The position numbers and the translations under genes are program-made. From the NCBI GenBank assembly GCA_913030915.1, contig CAJWEW010000004.1, positions 22,313 to 86,312 of the forward strand: DNA of 64,000 bases. Reading direction: 5' to 3'. Positions 9,080 to 19,669 of the stretch are shown here, in pieces. The number at the start of each line of letters is the position of its first letter. Within the stretch, counting starts at the first letter, position 1. The notes under the pieces are model-generated. The model was not told the origin of the DNA. It saw only the letters and a program-made list of their open reading frames with translations, and did not search any database. This DNA is from an uncultured Rhodobiaceae bacterium. GTDB lineage: Bacteria > Pseudomonadota > Alphaproteobacteria > Rhizobiales > TMED25.

Positions 9080-10394
9080 ACTATGTATTTCATCTTCGAT
9101 GACCGGCAGTGGGAAGACAGTTTTTACGTCAGCCTTGATTAAATCGCTGATCAATAGTGGCTATAGTGTATCTGCGGGAAAAATTGGACCCGATTACATT
9201 GATCCAACATATACAAGATATATAACAAATAGAGCTGTATTTAATTATGATACTTGGGCAATGACTGAAGAAAAAATCAGGTATCTTATTCATGAGTCAA
9301 CTCAAAAAAATGATATTCATATTATTGAAGGCGTAATGGGTCTCTTCGATGGTACAAAAAATCAGTCATCTTCAACTGCAGAGTTTGTAAAAAAATTTAA
9401 AATTCCTGTTCTGCTTATCCTTGACTCAAGTGGTCAATCTCAAACTTTAGCAGCAATATGTAAGGGCATAATGAATTACGATACTGAAATTAATTTTATC
9501 GGTGTTATTCTAAATAATATCTCAAGTGAAAGACATTATAATTTGATAAATGAAGAGCTTGAGAAAAGTAAAATAAAGGTTTTAGGGTATCTACCGAAAT
9601 CAGATGATTTAATTTTCCCCAGGCGTCATTTAGGGCTTTTCTTAGCTGAGCATGTTGAAAATTACCAATATTTAATTAATTGTGCAGCTAATCTAATAGA
9701 AAAATATATAGACATTGAGGAGATCATCAAATTATCAAATGTCGTAGATGATGATCAAGGATGCACAATTAAAGAGTTAGGTAAGGCATCGGTTGATCTC
9801 GGTCAGAGAATTTCCATTGCAAAAGATCCGTCTTTTTCCTTTGTCTATGATAACACATTAAGACAGTGGGCAAAGGAAGGGCGTGAAGTAGATTTTTTCT
9901 CCCCCCTCCATGATGAAGGTCCATCGGTCAATTGTACTGGTGTATATCTCCCAGGGGGCTACCCTGAGTTAAATTGCGAAAAATTGGCAAATTGCAATAA
10001 CTTTATGAATTCTATGAAAAGTGCAGCTAAACAAAGAAAATTTATCTATGGAGAGTGCGGTGGCTACATGGTTTTAGGAAAGTCAATTATTGATAAGGAT
10101 AACAAAGAACATGCCATGTTGGGGCTTTTGAATTTAGTCACAAGCTTTAATAGGAGGAAATTAAGTCTTGGCTACAGAGAAGTTAAGGCAAAAGAGCCAA
10201 ACTGTTTTGCGAGAGAGAATACTTACATGTGCCATGAATACCATTATTCATCAATCATGAAAGAGTCCGGACAATATCTTTTTGAAAGTCTGGACAAACA
10301 TGGAGCTCAAAGAAAATATGGTTTAATAAATGAAAATGTATTTGGTTCATTCTTGCATATAATTGATAATAGATCGATGATAACTGGAGATTAA
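9066..10394 (+). CDS. cobB: Cobyrinate a,c-diamide synthase
   Basis: The 442-aa ORF has an N-terminal nucleotide-binding domain (GSGKT, GPDYIDP) and a C-terminal glutamine amidotransferase domain (GECGGYMVLG). Confidence 0.9.
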   Translation: MQSTKLCISSSMTGSGKTVFTSALIKSLINSGYSVSAGKIGPDYIDPTYTRYITNRAVFNYDTWAMTEEKIRYLIHESTQKNDIHIIEGVMGLFDGTKNQSSSTAEFVKKFKIPVLLILDSSGQSQTLAAICKGIMNYDTEINFIGVILNNISSERHYNLINEELEKSKIKVLGYLPKSDDLIFPRRHLGLFLAEHVENYQYLINCAANLIEKYIDIEEIIKLSNVVDDDQGCTIKELGKASVDLGQRISIAKDPSFSFVYDNTLRQWAKEGREVDFFSPLHDEGPSVNCTGVYLPGGYPELNCEKLANCNNFMNSMKSAAKQRKFIYGECGGYMVLGKSIIDKDNKEHAMLGLLNLVTSFNRRKLSLGYREVKAKEPNCFARENTYMCHEYHYSSIMKESGQYLFESLDKHGAQRKYGLINENVFGSFLHIIDNRSMITGD

Positions 10395-10395
10395 A

Positions 10396-10932
10396 ATGAT
10401 TTATGAATATCAAAATAAACTACCTCAGATTGACAATAAAAGCTGGGTTGCGCCAAACGCTGTGATAATTGGTAGTGTCATCTTAGAGGAGGAGACGAGT
10501 ATCTGGTGGAATGCTGTATTGAGGGGTGATAATGAAAAAATACATGTAGGTAAAGGCTCAAATATTCAAGATGGATCTGTAGCTCATACTGATCCTGGCT
10601 TTGGTTTACATATTGGACAAAATGTTACTGTGGGTCACATGGCAATGATACATGGATGTACAATTGGTGACGGTTCACTGGTAGGAATTGGATCAATTAT
10701 TCTCAATGGAGCAAAAATTGGAAAAGGTTGTTTGATAGGGGCTAATTCTTTTGTTGCGGAAAATAAAGAGATTCCAGACAACTCAATTGTGCTCGGTGCG
10801 CCCGGAAAAATTATTGGTGAAGTTCAGGAAAAACATAGAGCTATGATGGAAAGAGCGCAAAAGAGCTACGTGCGCAGATCCGTTGCGTACAAAACAGATT
10901 TAAATGATGTAACTGATAATTTCAAATATTAG
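10396..10932 (+). CDS. Gamma-class carbonic anhydrase-like / hexapeptide-repeat (LbH) protein
   Basis: The 178-aa ORF carries PQIDNKSWVAPNAVIIGSV and repeated hexapeptide [LIV]G motifs (YrdA/PaaY-like). It starts 1 nt after the cobB stop. Confidence 0.8.
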   Translation: MIYEYQNKLPQIDNKSWVAPNAVIIGSVILEEETSIWWNAVLRGDNEKIHVGKGSNIQDGSVAHTDPGFGLHIGQNVTVGHMAMIHGCTIGDGSLVGIGSIILNGAKIGKGCLIGANSFVAENKEIPDNSIVLGAPGKIIGEVQEKHRAMMERAQKSYVRRSVAYKTDLNDVTDNFKY

Positions 10933-10940
10933 GAATTGAA

Positions 10941-10968
10941 TTGAATTATTTAAAAATTGTTGTAATAT
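10941..10968 (+). promoter_or_regulatory. Candidate sigma-70-type promoter for the small membrane-protein gene
   Basis: TTGAAT (10941-10946), a 16-nt spacer, then TAATAT (10963-10968), about 40 nt upstream of the ATG at 11009. This is a motif match only. Confidence 0.3.
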
Positions 10969-11008
10969 TAACCTATTAAGTTGATGCAGTTAAATAAGGA
11001 AGGTTACC

Positions 11009-11230
11009 ATGAATAGCAAATTAGTAATTGGAGTTATTGTAGTTATTGCCGTGGCTGTGCTTGGATATTTTGTTATGCAGCAAGCTGGGACAGACAGGTC
11101 TGCTGACTCAGGTACAGGTGGGGAGCTCATGAGAACAAATCAAACAGAAGGCCCAGTTGAGATTGGAAGTAAAACTGTTGAGATTGAATTGCTTGACGAG
11201 TTCGCAACTTACGGTCAATCATTTAACTAA
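11009..11230 (+). CDS. Small hypothetical membrane-anchored protein (73 aa, one N-terminal TM helix)
   Basis: RBS AAGGAAGG lies 6 nt upstream. The N-terminal hydrophobic segment is LVIGVIVVIAVAVLGYFVM. An intrinsic terminator follows. I recognise no family. Confidence 0.5.
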   Translation: MNSKLVIGVIVVIAVAVLGYFVMQQAGTDRSADSGTGGELMRTNQTEGPVEIGSKTVEIELLDEFATYGQSFN

Positions 11231-11258
11231 TCGTTTATATACAAATACAAATATAAAA

Positions 11259-11281
11259 GGGCTATTCAATAGCCCTTTTTT
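11259..11281 (+). terminator. Rho-independent terminator
   Basis: GGGCTAT-tca-ATAGCCC stem-loop followed by TTTTTT, about 30 nt after the stop of the 73-aa ORF. Confidence 0.7.
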
Positions 11282-11361
11282 ATTGCCTCCACATGACGAT
11301 TATCATATAAAATTAATATGTAAGCTTATCTTCAATCTAGAGTAAAACTATATATTGAATT

Positions 11362-12471
11362 ATGAATTTAACCATTAGTGATAGATTTGATCGACTGGTA
11401 AAAGACAAAGAAATTCAATTTGATCAAAAACAATATGAATTAATAAATGTACTTGCAGAGAAGAGCGAAGAATTTATAGCTTATACTAAGCAGTCTCTTC
11501 TCAAAAGAATCATCAATAAAAAAATGAGTAGACCTCTCGGGATGTATATACACGGTCAAGTGGGACGGGGTAAATCCATGATAATGGATCTATTTTACAA
11601 TAATATTGATATTTCGCAAAAGAGGCGGGTTCATTTCAATGAATTCATGAATGAAGTTCATGAGCAAATCTTTATTTGGAGAAAAAAAAACGAGGTATCA
11701 AAAAATGGTGATAGTGATCCTGTTTTGATGGTTGCTAAATTAATAGAAAAAGATTGTAAACTCCTCTGCTTTGATGAGTTTCAAGTAGAAGATATTGCTG
11801 ATGCAATGATATTGGGTAGGCTGTTCAAGATTTTATTTGAAATGGGTATATTAATTATTGCAACATCAAATATTCATCCAAGGAATTTATACTCAGAGGG
11901 ATTGAATAGGGATACTTTTATTCCCTTCATCGATAAATTAGAAGAGAATATGGAAATTTATAATCTTCAAGCTGTTAAAGATTACAGGATAGATAGAATT
12001 AAAAATAAAAGAGTATATTTTTCCCCAATCAATGAACAAAATAAAAAAATTTTTTATGAGGCTTGGCAAAACCTAATTGGTAGTATAGAAGTTACAAGTA
12101 GGTCTATACCCCTAAAGGGAAGGGAGATAGAAGTCTCAGTATCTGCTGGAAAGTTCGCAAACTTCTCATTTGAAGAATTATGCGTAAAACCTCTTGGGGT
12201 TGCTGATTACCTCGCAATATCTAATAACTATAATATTATCTTTATTTCAGATGTGCCGAAATTGGACTCGAAAAAAAGAAACGAAACAAAAAGGTTTATA
12301 AATTTGATAGATACATTTTATGAAAATAAAAAGATATTGTTTATATTAGCAGAGACCCATCCAAAAGATATTTTGATTGGCGGAAAAGATGCTAATATCT
12401 TTCAGAGAACTGTATCACGTTTGGAAGAAATGCAATCGTCAGACTATTTGGATAGTATAATTTCAGAATAA
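11362..12471 (+). CDS. zapE: Cell division protein ZapE (AFG1-like ATPase)
   Basis: The 369-aa ORF has Walker A GQVGRGKSMIMD and Walker B LLCFDEFQVEDIADA. Its position directly upstream of mdh is typical of alphaproteobacteria. Confidence 0.85.
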   Translation: MNLTISDRFDRLVKDKEIQFDQKQYELINVLAEKSEEFIAYTKQSLLKRIINKKMSRPLGMYIHGQVGRGKSMIMDLFYNNIDISQKRRVHFNEFMNEVHEQIFIWRKKNEVSKNGDSDPVLMVAKLIEKDCKLLCFDEFQVEDIADAMILGRLFKILFEMGILIIATSNIHPRNLYSEGLNRDTFIPFIDKLEENMEIYNLQAVKDYRIDRIKNKRVYFSPINEQNKKIFYEAWQNLIGSIEVTSRSIPLKGREIEVSVSAGKFANFSFEELCVKPLGVADYLAISNNYNIIFISDVPKLDSKKRNETKRFINLIDTFYENKKILFILAETHPKDILIGGKDANIFQRTVSRLEEMQSSDYLDSIISE

Positions 12472-13458
<987 letters not shown>

Positions 13459-13485
13459 TTTTCATATTAAAATAAGTAATTTTTA

Positions 13486-14655
13486 ATGAATATTCATGAA
13501 CATCAAGCAAAACAGCTTTTAAAAGACTATAACATACCTGTATTAGATGGTTTTATAGCTTTTAATTCCAAAGAATTAGATGAACATATTGGTATCCTTC
13601 AGGGCCCAAAGTGGGTTGTCAAAGCTCAGATTCACGCTGGTGGTAGGGGCAAAGGCGGCGGCGTTAAGGTTGTTGATAATTTTGATGAGGTAAAATTAGC
13701 TTTTAACAAAATGCTAGGGATGAAACTTGTAACAAACCAAACTGGACCCGAGGGTAAAATTGTAAAAAGGGTATACATTGAAGATGGCTGCAACATTGAT
13801 AAAGAATTTTATCTATCGTATCTAATTGATAGGAAGACTAAAGCAATATGCTTGATCGCTTCATCAGAGGGTGGAATGGACATTGAAGAGGTTGCTGATA
13901 AAAATCCAGAAAAGATAGCCAAAATATATCTGGACGCATCCAGAACAGAACTTAATAGTGAAAATATTGATGAAGTTCTGAGGATTTTAAACCTTGATGC
14001 TTCATACAAAGGGAAACTTACAGCTGTCTTAAATAATTTACTTTTATTATTTATAGAGAAAGATGCAAGCCTCATTGAAATTAATCCCTTTGTCTTATCC
14101 AATGAAGGTCATTTGATATGTCTGGATGCAAAAATGAATTTTGACTCAAATGCTCTTTTTAGACATCAAGATATAGTAAGCTTGAGAGATCCTGAGGAAG
14201 AAGATCCCCTAGAAATTGAAGCTTCAAGGCACGGATTAAGTTACGTAAAACTTGATGGCACAATTGGCTGCATGGTAAATGGCGCTGGTTTGGCAATGGC
14301 AACAATGGATATTATAAAGCTATATGGAGAGGAGCCAGCAAATTTTTTAGATGTGGGTGGCGGCGCTACCAAAGAGCAAGTTATGAACGCATTTAGAATT
14401 ATTCTGAGTGATAAAAATGTGAAGGGAATACTTGTTAATATATTCGGCGGAATAATGCGTTGCGAAATAATTGCGCAAGGAATAATAGAGACTGCAAGCC
14501 AGCTAAATATATCTATACCATTGGTTGTGAGATTAGAGGGTACCAATGTGGATTTAGGTAAAAAATATCTAGAAGAGTCTGGTTTAAATATTATACCCGC
14601 AAATGATTTAGACGAGGCTGCCAAGAAGATAGTAGATGCAGTATCAAAGGAATAA
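13486..14655 (+). CDS. sucC: Succinyl-CoA synthetase beta subunit
   Basis: The 389-aa ORF carries MNIHEHQAKQLLK, VVKAQIHAGGRGKGGGVK and NIFGGIMRC. Confidence 0.95.
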   Translation: MNIHEHQAKQLLKDYNIPVLDGFIAFNSKELDEHIGILQGPKWVVKAQIHAGGRGKGGGVKVVDNFDEVKLAFNKMLGMKLVTNQTGPEGKIVKRVYIEDGCNIDKEFYLSYLIDRKTKAICLIASSEGGMDIEEVADKNPEKIAKIYLDASRTELNSENIDEVLRILNLDASYKGKLTAVLNNLLLLFIEKDASLIEINPFVLSNEGHLICLDAKMNFDSNALFRHQDIVSLRDPEEEDPLEIEASRHGLSYVKLDGTIGCMVNGAGLAMATMDIIKLYGEEPANFLDVGGGATKEQVMNAFRIILSDKNVKGILVNIFGGIMRCEIIAQGIIETASQLNISIPLVVRLEGTNVDLGKKYLEESGLNIIPANDLDEAAKKIVDAVSKE

Positions 14656-14661
14656 TGAATA

Positions 14662-15531
14662 ATGTCCATCTTAGTAAATAATAATACAAAAGTTATTTGC
14701 CAGGGATTTACTGGTAAGCATGGAACATTCCACTCACAACAAGCAATTGAATATGGAACGCAGTTAGTTGGTGGGGTAACTCCAGGTAAAGGTGGTTCTA
14801 AGCATTTAAATCTTCCAATTTTCGATAATGTTGCTGATGCCGTTACGAGTACAGGTGCGAATGCGTCTGTAATTTATGTACCACCACAATTTGCTGCCGC
14901 GGCAATAATTGAAGCAATAAATGCTGAGATAGAAATTATCGTCTGTATCACAGAAGGCATACCCGTTCTCGATATGCTGGAGGTGAGAGCACTTCTCAAT
15001 AAGTCAAATTCTATTCTTGTGGGCCCTAATTGTCCAGGAATTATAACACCCGGAGAGTGTAAGATTGGGATCATGCCAGGGCATATACACCGCGCTGGTT
15101 CAATTGGTATTGTCTCTCGCTCCGGAACACTTACTTATGAGGCTGTTGCACAAACTACAGCTGTGGGTTATGGACAGTCGACTTGTGTTGGTATAGGAGG
15201 TGACCCAATAAAAGGGATAGACTTTATTGAAGTTATTGATAGGTTCTATTCTGACCCGAAGACAGAGGCAATAATAATGATTGGAGAAATTGGTGGATCA
15301 GCGGAAGAGGAAGCAGCTGAATTTATAAGAAAAAACAATAAAGGTAAACCCATTATTGGATTTATTGCAGGTCTTACAGCTCCTCCTGGAAGGCGTATGG
15401 GTCATGCTGGCGCTATTGTAGACGGTAATTCAGGATCCGCAGATACTAAAATAGATGCAATGAAAAGTGCAGGAATTGTTATGTCAAGTTCACCCGCAAT
15501 GCTCGGATCGACCCTCAAAAATATCAAATAG
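14662..15531 (+). CDS. sucD: Succinyl-CoA synthetase alpha subunit
   Basis: The 289-aa ORF carries [23 protein letters not shown] and MGHAGAIV (the phosphohistidine loop). Confidence 0.95.
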   Translation: MSILVNNNTKVICQGFTGKHGTFHSQQAIEYGTQLVGGVTPGKGGSKHLNLPIFDNVADAVTSTGANASVIYVPPQFAAAAIIEAINAEIEIIVCITEGIPVLDMLEVRALLNKSNSILVGPNCPGIITPGECKIGIMPGHIHRAGSIGIVSRSGTLTYEAVAQTTAVGYGQSTCVGIGGDPIKGIDFIEVIDRFYSDPKTEAIIMIGEIGGSAEEEAAEFIRKNNKGKPIIGFIAGLTAPPGRRMGHAGAIVDGNSGSADTKIDAMKSAGIVMSSSPAMLGSTLKNIK

Positions 15532-16527
15532 TTACGAATTATCAGAGACTAGTTTGAGATGGCGTGCCTTATTTCTAGGATGAGCTTTTTGGTGGACGTC
15601 GAGTAATTCCTTCTGATTTACCTTTGTATACATCTGTGTTGTAGACAAACTTGCATGACCAAGTAACTCTTGTATAGAACGAAGGTCAACTCCGGCTTGT
15701 AGTAAGTGTGTCGCATATGAATGCCTCAATGAATGTGGTGTTGCATTTTCAGGTAAATTAAGGCTAGCTCTCATTTTTTGCATAATTATTTGCACAATGC
15801 GCGGACTCAGCCTATCCCCTCTTACCCCGACAAATAAAGGGTCATCAAAATTATATTTCTTTGGATATAGCTCTATATATTTCTTTATATTTTCTTTCAC
15901 ATCTGACAACAATGGAACTTCTCTGTATTTATTCCCTTTTCCTCTCACTCTTATTGTGTCCTGCCATTCTTCTATGGGTGCATCTTTTATATTTAACTCC
16001 AGAGCCTCGCTTATTCTTAGGCCACATCCATACAGTAAAAGAAAAATACATTTATTTCTAATTTGAACCCAATCTGGAGACTTCTCATTAATATGAGGAT
16101 TTTGTGTGTCAATGATTAGATCTTTTGCCTGCTCATGCGTAAGGGGTTTTGGAATACTTTGTGGTAGCTTCGGCATTCTAATATTATTTATTGCATTATT
16201 TTTTATGATTTCAATTTTTTCAAAATATTCGAATAGAGATCTTATGCTCGACATCAATCTTGCAATCGTTCTTGTGCTATTTCCATCCCTTTTTTTTCTT
16301 GCCATGAAAGCTCTGAAATCTGAGGCAATAAGAGTCTCAAGATTTCTCAACGAGAGGGGTCCCCCAATGTGCTCAATCAAGAAATGTATGAATGAGTTAA
16401 TATCTCTGTAGTAAGCGTCGACTGTATGTAGGGAAACTCTTTTCTCATTTTTTAAGTGGCTAATCCATGTATTCAAGGCCTGATTTAAGTCATCTTTAGC
16501 TAATTCTATCTTGAAAATATTACTCAT
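15532..16527 (-). CDS. Tyrosine site-specific recombinase, XerC/XerD family
   Basis: The 331-aa ORF has an N-terminal SAM-like core-binding domain. Its catalytic motifs are GLRISEAL, HSLRHSYATHLL and LGHASLSTTQMYT. Confidence 0.85.
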   Translation of the reverse strand: MSNIFKIELAKDDLNQALNTWISHLKNEKRVSLHTVDAYYRDINSFIHFLIEHIGGPLSLRNLETLIASDFRAFMARKKRDGNSTRTIARLMSSIRSLFEYFEKIEIIKNNAINNIRMPKLPQSIPKPLTHEQAKDLIIDTQNPHINEKSPDWVQIRNKCIFLLLYGCGLRISEALELNIKDAPIEEWQDTIRVRGKGNKYREVPLLSDVKENIKKYIELYPKKYNFDDPLFVGVRGDRLSPRIVQIIMQKMRASLNLPENATPHSLRHSYATHLLQAGVDLRSIQELLGHASLSTTQMYTKVNQKELLDVHQKAHPRNKARHLKLVSDNS

Positions 16528-16541
16528 GTGCTAGTTGCAAT

Positions 16542-17198
16542 CTATCTTATCTTTTGACCCGTTGAAGCCCAATCATCTAAAAAGTTTGATAAGCCAATAT
16601 CAGTGAGTGGATGCTTTACTAGTTCCTTTAATATTTTTGGAGGTATTGTTGCAACATCTGCTCCGATCATCGCAACCTGTGTAACATGATTTACATTTCT
16701 AATAGATGCTGCCAAAATCATGGTGTTAAGATCATCATAGTTGTCATAGATCGTTCTAATTTCTCCAATAAGATCGACTCCGTTAATACCGGTATCGTCA
16801 AGTCTACCAATAAATGGAGATACGTACGTTGCGCCTGCCTTTGCTGCAAGTAATGCCTGGGGGGCGGAAAAACAAAGTGTAACATTAGTAGGGATTTCTA
16901 ACTCACTGAATTTATTACATGCATCTAGACCCTCCCATGTTAGAGGAATCTTGACAACAACATTTGGTGCTAAGCCGTGAAGGATCTTCCCCTCTTCAAT
17001 CATTCCGTTTATATCAGTCGCAGTAACTTCAGCGCTAACTGGGCCTGGTACTATTTTACAGATATCTTTTATTGTCTCTTTTATGTCATTACCAGATTTT
17101 GCGATCAATGATGGATTTGTAGTCACTCCATCAACTAGATTCATGTCTGAAAGTTCCTTTATTTCTTTTATTTCAGCTGTATCAACAAAAAATTTCAT
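16542..17198 (-). CDS. tal: Transaldolase (short Fsa/TalC-type)
   Basis: [20 protein letters not shown] and VVKIP are typical of this family. I place the start at the internal ATG (17198), which is preceded by GGAGA 5 nt upstream. The 27-codon hydrophobic extension in the ORF track is probably not translated. Confidence 0.85.
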   Translation of the reverse strand: MKFFVDTAEIKEIKELSDMNLVDGVTTNPSLIAKSGNDIKETIKDICKIVPGPVSAEVTATDINGMIEEGKILHGLAPNVVVKIPLTWEGLDACNKFSELEIPTNVTLCFSAPQALLAAKAGATYVSPFIGRLDDTGINGVDLIGEIRTIYDNYDDLNTMILAASIRNVNHVTQVAMIGADVATIPPKILKELVKHPLTDIGLSNFLDDWASTGQKIR

Positions 17199-17335
17199 AT
17201 TATCTCCAACCACATTAAATATCAGAAATATCCATATAAACCAAATGACAAAGTTATCAAATTTACGTAGACTTACCAATAGTATTTTATAATTATTATA
17301 ACTTAGTTAAATATTCATAAAAATATCCTTATTAA

Positions 17336-19501
17336 ATGAAACATCCTCACCTCTTATCAGTACTTTTACCAATAAATATAAATTATCCGTTCACATATTC
17401 GTGCACTGAAGCTTTAGAGATCGGTACCATTGTAAAAGTTTCATTCAGAAATCGTGAGCTATATGGGGTAGTGTGGTCTCATGAGGGACATCTAACAAAT
17501 TTTGATAAACAAAAAATAAAGCCGATAATTACCAAAAAAATAGGGGATGATTGCCTTACTTTGCCTGCTGATTTGATAGGTTTTTTGGAATGGGTCTCAA
17601 ATTATTATATGGTTCCGCTTGGACTTGCTCTGAAAGCGTCATTTAAAAAACAGTTTTTTGAAAAGCAAGCAAAGAAAAAAATTTACTACACATTTAATCC
17701 AGCACACGCTTCAAAAATAACACAAAAACAAGAGACGGTAATTGAATTGCTACGAGTAAATGGGGCGCTCGAGAAAAATAGAATAATTTCGATGACAGGT
17801 CACTCAAATGATCTAATAAGAAGAATGATTAGAAAGGATATATTAAAAGAAGCCGTTTCATTTATTGAATTGGAAGAAAAGATTTATTTAGAAACGGATA
17901 TTGATTTTACCCCGGAGCAAATTTGTGCGATGGAGGAGGTAATTACTTCCCTCAAAAAACAGAAAGTTACATTAATTGATGGAATAACTGGATCAGGTAA
18001 AACGGAGCTGTATCTTGAGGCGGCAACAAGAGTATTAAGGCAAGGAAAGCAAGTTTTAATTATGTTACCTGAAATAACATTAACACAAGAGTTTATAAAA
18101 ATTTTTAGAAGTCGATTTAAAAATCAGATTGGGGAATGGCACTCAGGTTTATCTGAGGCTAAACGCAGACAGCTCTGGTTTGATATTTTAAACAAAAAAA
18201 TTAGACTTATTGTTGGCGCAAGATCAAGTCTTTTTTTACCATTTATCGATCTCGGTTTAATTGTTGTTGATGAAGAGCACGATCAATCTTACAAGCAAGA
18301 AGAGGGTATGATTTATAATGCACGAGACATGGCAATACTCAGAGCAAAACAACTTAAAATAGCCTGTATATTATCTTCAGCCACACCTTCAGTTGAAACT
18401 TTTGAAAATATTGTATCAAAAAAATATAGTAGAGCCGTGCTAAAAAAAAGATTTTATGGCACAAATTTACCAACGATCAGTTGCATCGATATGCGAAAGG
18501 CGAAAAAAGAAACAGACTCTTTTCTGCCTATTGAGTTAATTGATGATTTAAAAAAAACAAAAGATAGAAATGAGCAGTCACTCATATTTTTGAACAGACG
18601 TGGATATTCACCTTTATCTATTTGTGGAAATTGCGGTGTGCGAGTAGACTGCCCTGATTGTGATGCATGGCTTGTATTACACAAAAATGCATCGAAATAT
18701 AAATGCCACTATTGCGGCCATACACAACAATCAGACATTAAGTGTAAAAACTGTCACTCATCTGATAAAATCATACAAACAGGGCTTGGGATCGAAAAAA
18801 TAGATGAGGAACTGAATAGATTATTACCCGATATGTCGAGGGTAATATTTTCAAGTGATTATCTGCAAAGCCCTGATTCTGTATCTAGGGCTTTAAAAAA
18901 AATTACGGAGAACGAGATTGATTTAATAATTGGGACACAATTAATATCAAAGGGACATAATTTCCCAAGTTTGACATATGTAGGTATTTTAGATGCTGAT
19001 TTTGGTCTTGAAGTTACAGATATAAGGGCATCTGAACGTACTTATCAAATATTAAATCAGGTTTCAGGAAGGGCTGGTCGAGTAAAGCGAGATAGCAAAG
19101 TGAAAATCATGACACACATGCCAGATCATCCATTATTACAATCATTAATAAACAACAAAAAGCATGAATTTTACAATGCTGAATTGACAATAAGAAATAC
19201 CTCACGAATGCCACCTTTTGCACGCTTGGTAGCTATCATTATTAGCTCAAAAAATAGAAAAATTCTGAGTGAATTTAGCCAAAAATTAGCCATAGCTAAT
19301 AATTTTCCAAAAGATGTCGAACTATTAGGACCAATAGAAGCGCCAATATCAAGAATGAGAAAATATTATAGGCAAAGATTTTTAATCAGAGGACCTAAAA
19401 ACTGCAATATACAATTCTATATTAAAAGGTGGTTAGACTCCATCAAATTACCCCCACAGATAAGAATAACAATAGATGTAGATCCACAAAATTTCCTTTG
19501 A
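17336..19501 (+). CDS. priA: Primosomal replication-restart helicase PriA
   Basis: The 721-aa ORF has Walker A GITGSGKTE, DEEH box VVDEEHD and a Cys-rich zinc region (CGNCG..CPDCD..CHYCG..CKNC). Confidence 0.9.
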   Translation: MKHPHLLSVLLPININYPFTYSCTEALEIGTIVKVSFRNRELYGVVWSHEGHLTNFDKQKIKPIITKKIGDDCLTLPADLIGFLEWVSNYYMVPLGLALKASFKKQFFEKQAKKKIYYTFNPAHASKITQKQETVIELLRVNGALEKNRIISMTGHSNDLIRRMIRKDILKEAVSFIELEEKIYLETDIDFTPEQICAMEEVITSLKKQKVTLIDGITGSGKTELYLEAATRVLRQGKQVLIMLPEITLTQEFIKIFRSRFKNQIGEWHSGLSEAKRRQLWFDILNKKIRLIVGARSSLFLPFIDLGLIVVDEEHDQSYKQEEGMIYNARDMAILRAKQLKIACILSSATPSVETFENIVSKKYSRAVLKKRFYGTNLPTISCIDMRKAKKETDSFLPIELIDDLKKTKDRNEQSLIFLNRRGYSPLSICGNCGVRVDCPDCDAWLVLHKNASKYKCHYCGHTQQSDIKCKNCHSSDKIIQTGLGIEKIDEELNRLLPDMSRVIFSSDYLQSPDSVSRALKKITENEIDLIIGTQLISKGHNFPSLTYVGILDADFGLEVTDIRASERTYQILNQVSGRAGRVKRDSKVKIMTHMPDHPLLQSLINNKKHEFYNAELTIRNTSRMPPFARLVAIIISSKNRKILSEFSQKLAIANNFPKDVELLGPIEAPISRMRKYYRQRFLIRGPKNCNIQFYIKRWLDSIKLPPQIRITIDVDPQNFL

Positions 19502-19669
19502 GAATTTTGTAATTAACATTCAAGAAAAAATAAACAGTTCACTTGTTGAAATATGGAGAGATTTTATTGCACATAATGCCTAGCTGTGATAATGAATATA
19601 TGTTTTCTAGTTTATTCTTAATTGTCTAGTCTGAGAACGCAAAACATAGAAAGAGGTAATCGCTACCAA

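Noticed and set aside
10934-10947. The pentamer tandem AATTGAATTGAATT recurs in reverse complement at 49396-49410, just upstream of the IalB-like gene. This could be a dispersed repeat or a shared regulatory element.
   Set aside because: It is only about 14 nt of low-complexity (ATTGA)n sequence in A/T-rich spacers. The two copies sit at very different distances from their downstream start codons. It is most likely independent slippage products.
14241-14669. A 142-aa minus-strand ORF inside sucC. Many similar 60-116-aa ORFs lie opposite or out of frame in atpA, atpD, proA, htpG, acnB, the Gfo/Idh/MocA gene and others.
   Set aside because: All lie within strongly supported conserved genes and are shadow ORFs typical of long coding regions. 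None has family resemblance or translation signals.
15532-16527. The tyrosine recombinase as a possible marker of an integrated mobile element or genomic island.
   Set aside because: It has XerC/XerD-type architecture and is flanked on both sides by core metabolic genes (sucD, tal, priA). There is no tRNA, direct repeat, phage or transposase gene nearby, and I could not see a compositional shift.
17199-17279. A 27-codon hydrophobic N-terminal extension of transaldolase ([27 protein letters not shown]), which would make it membrane-anchored.
   Set aside because: The internal ATG at 17198 has a GGAGA RBS, and the family N-terminus MKFFVDTA starts exactly there. The extension is most simply read-through of A/T-rich upstream DNA.
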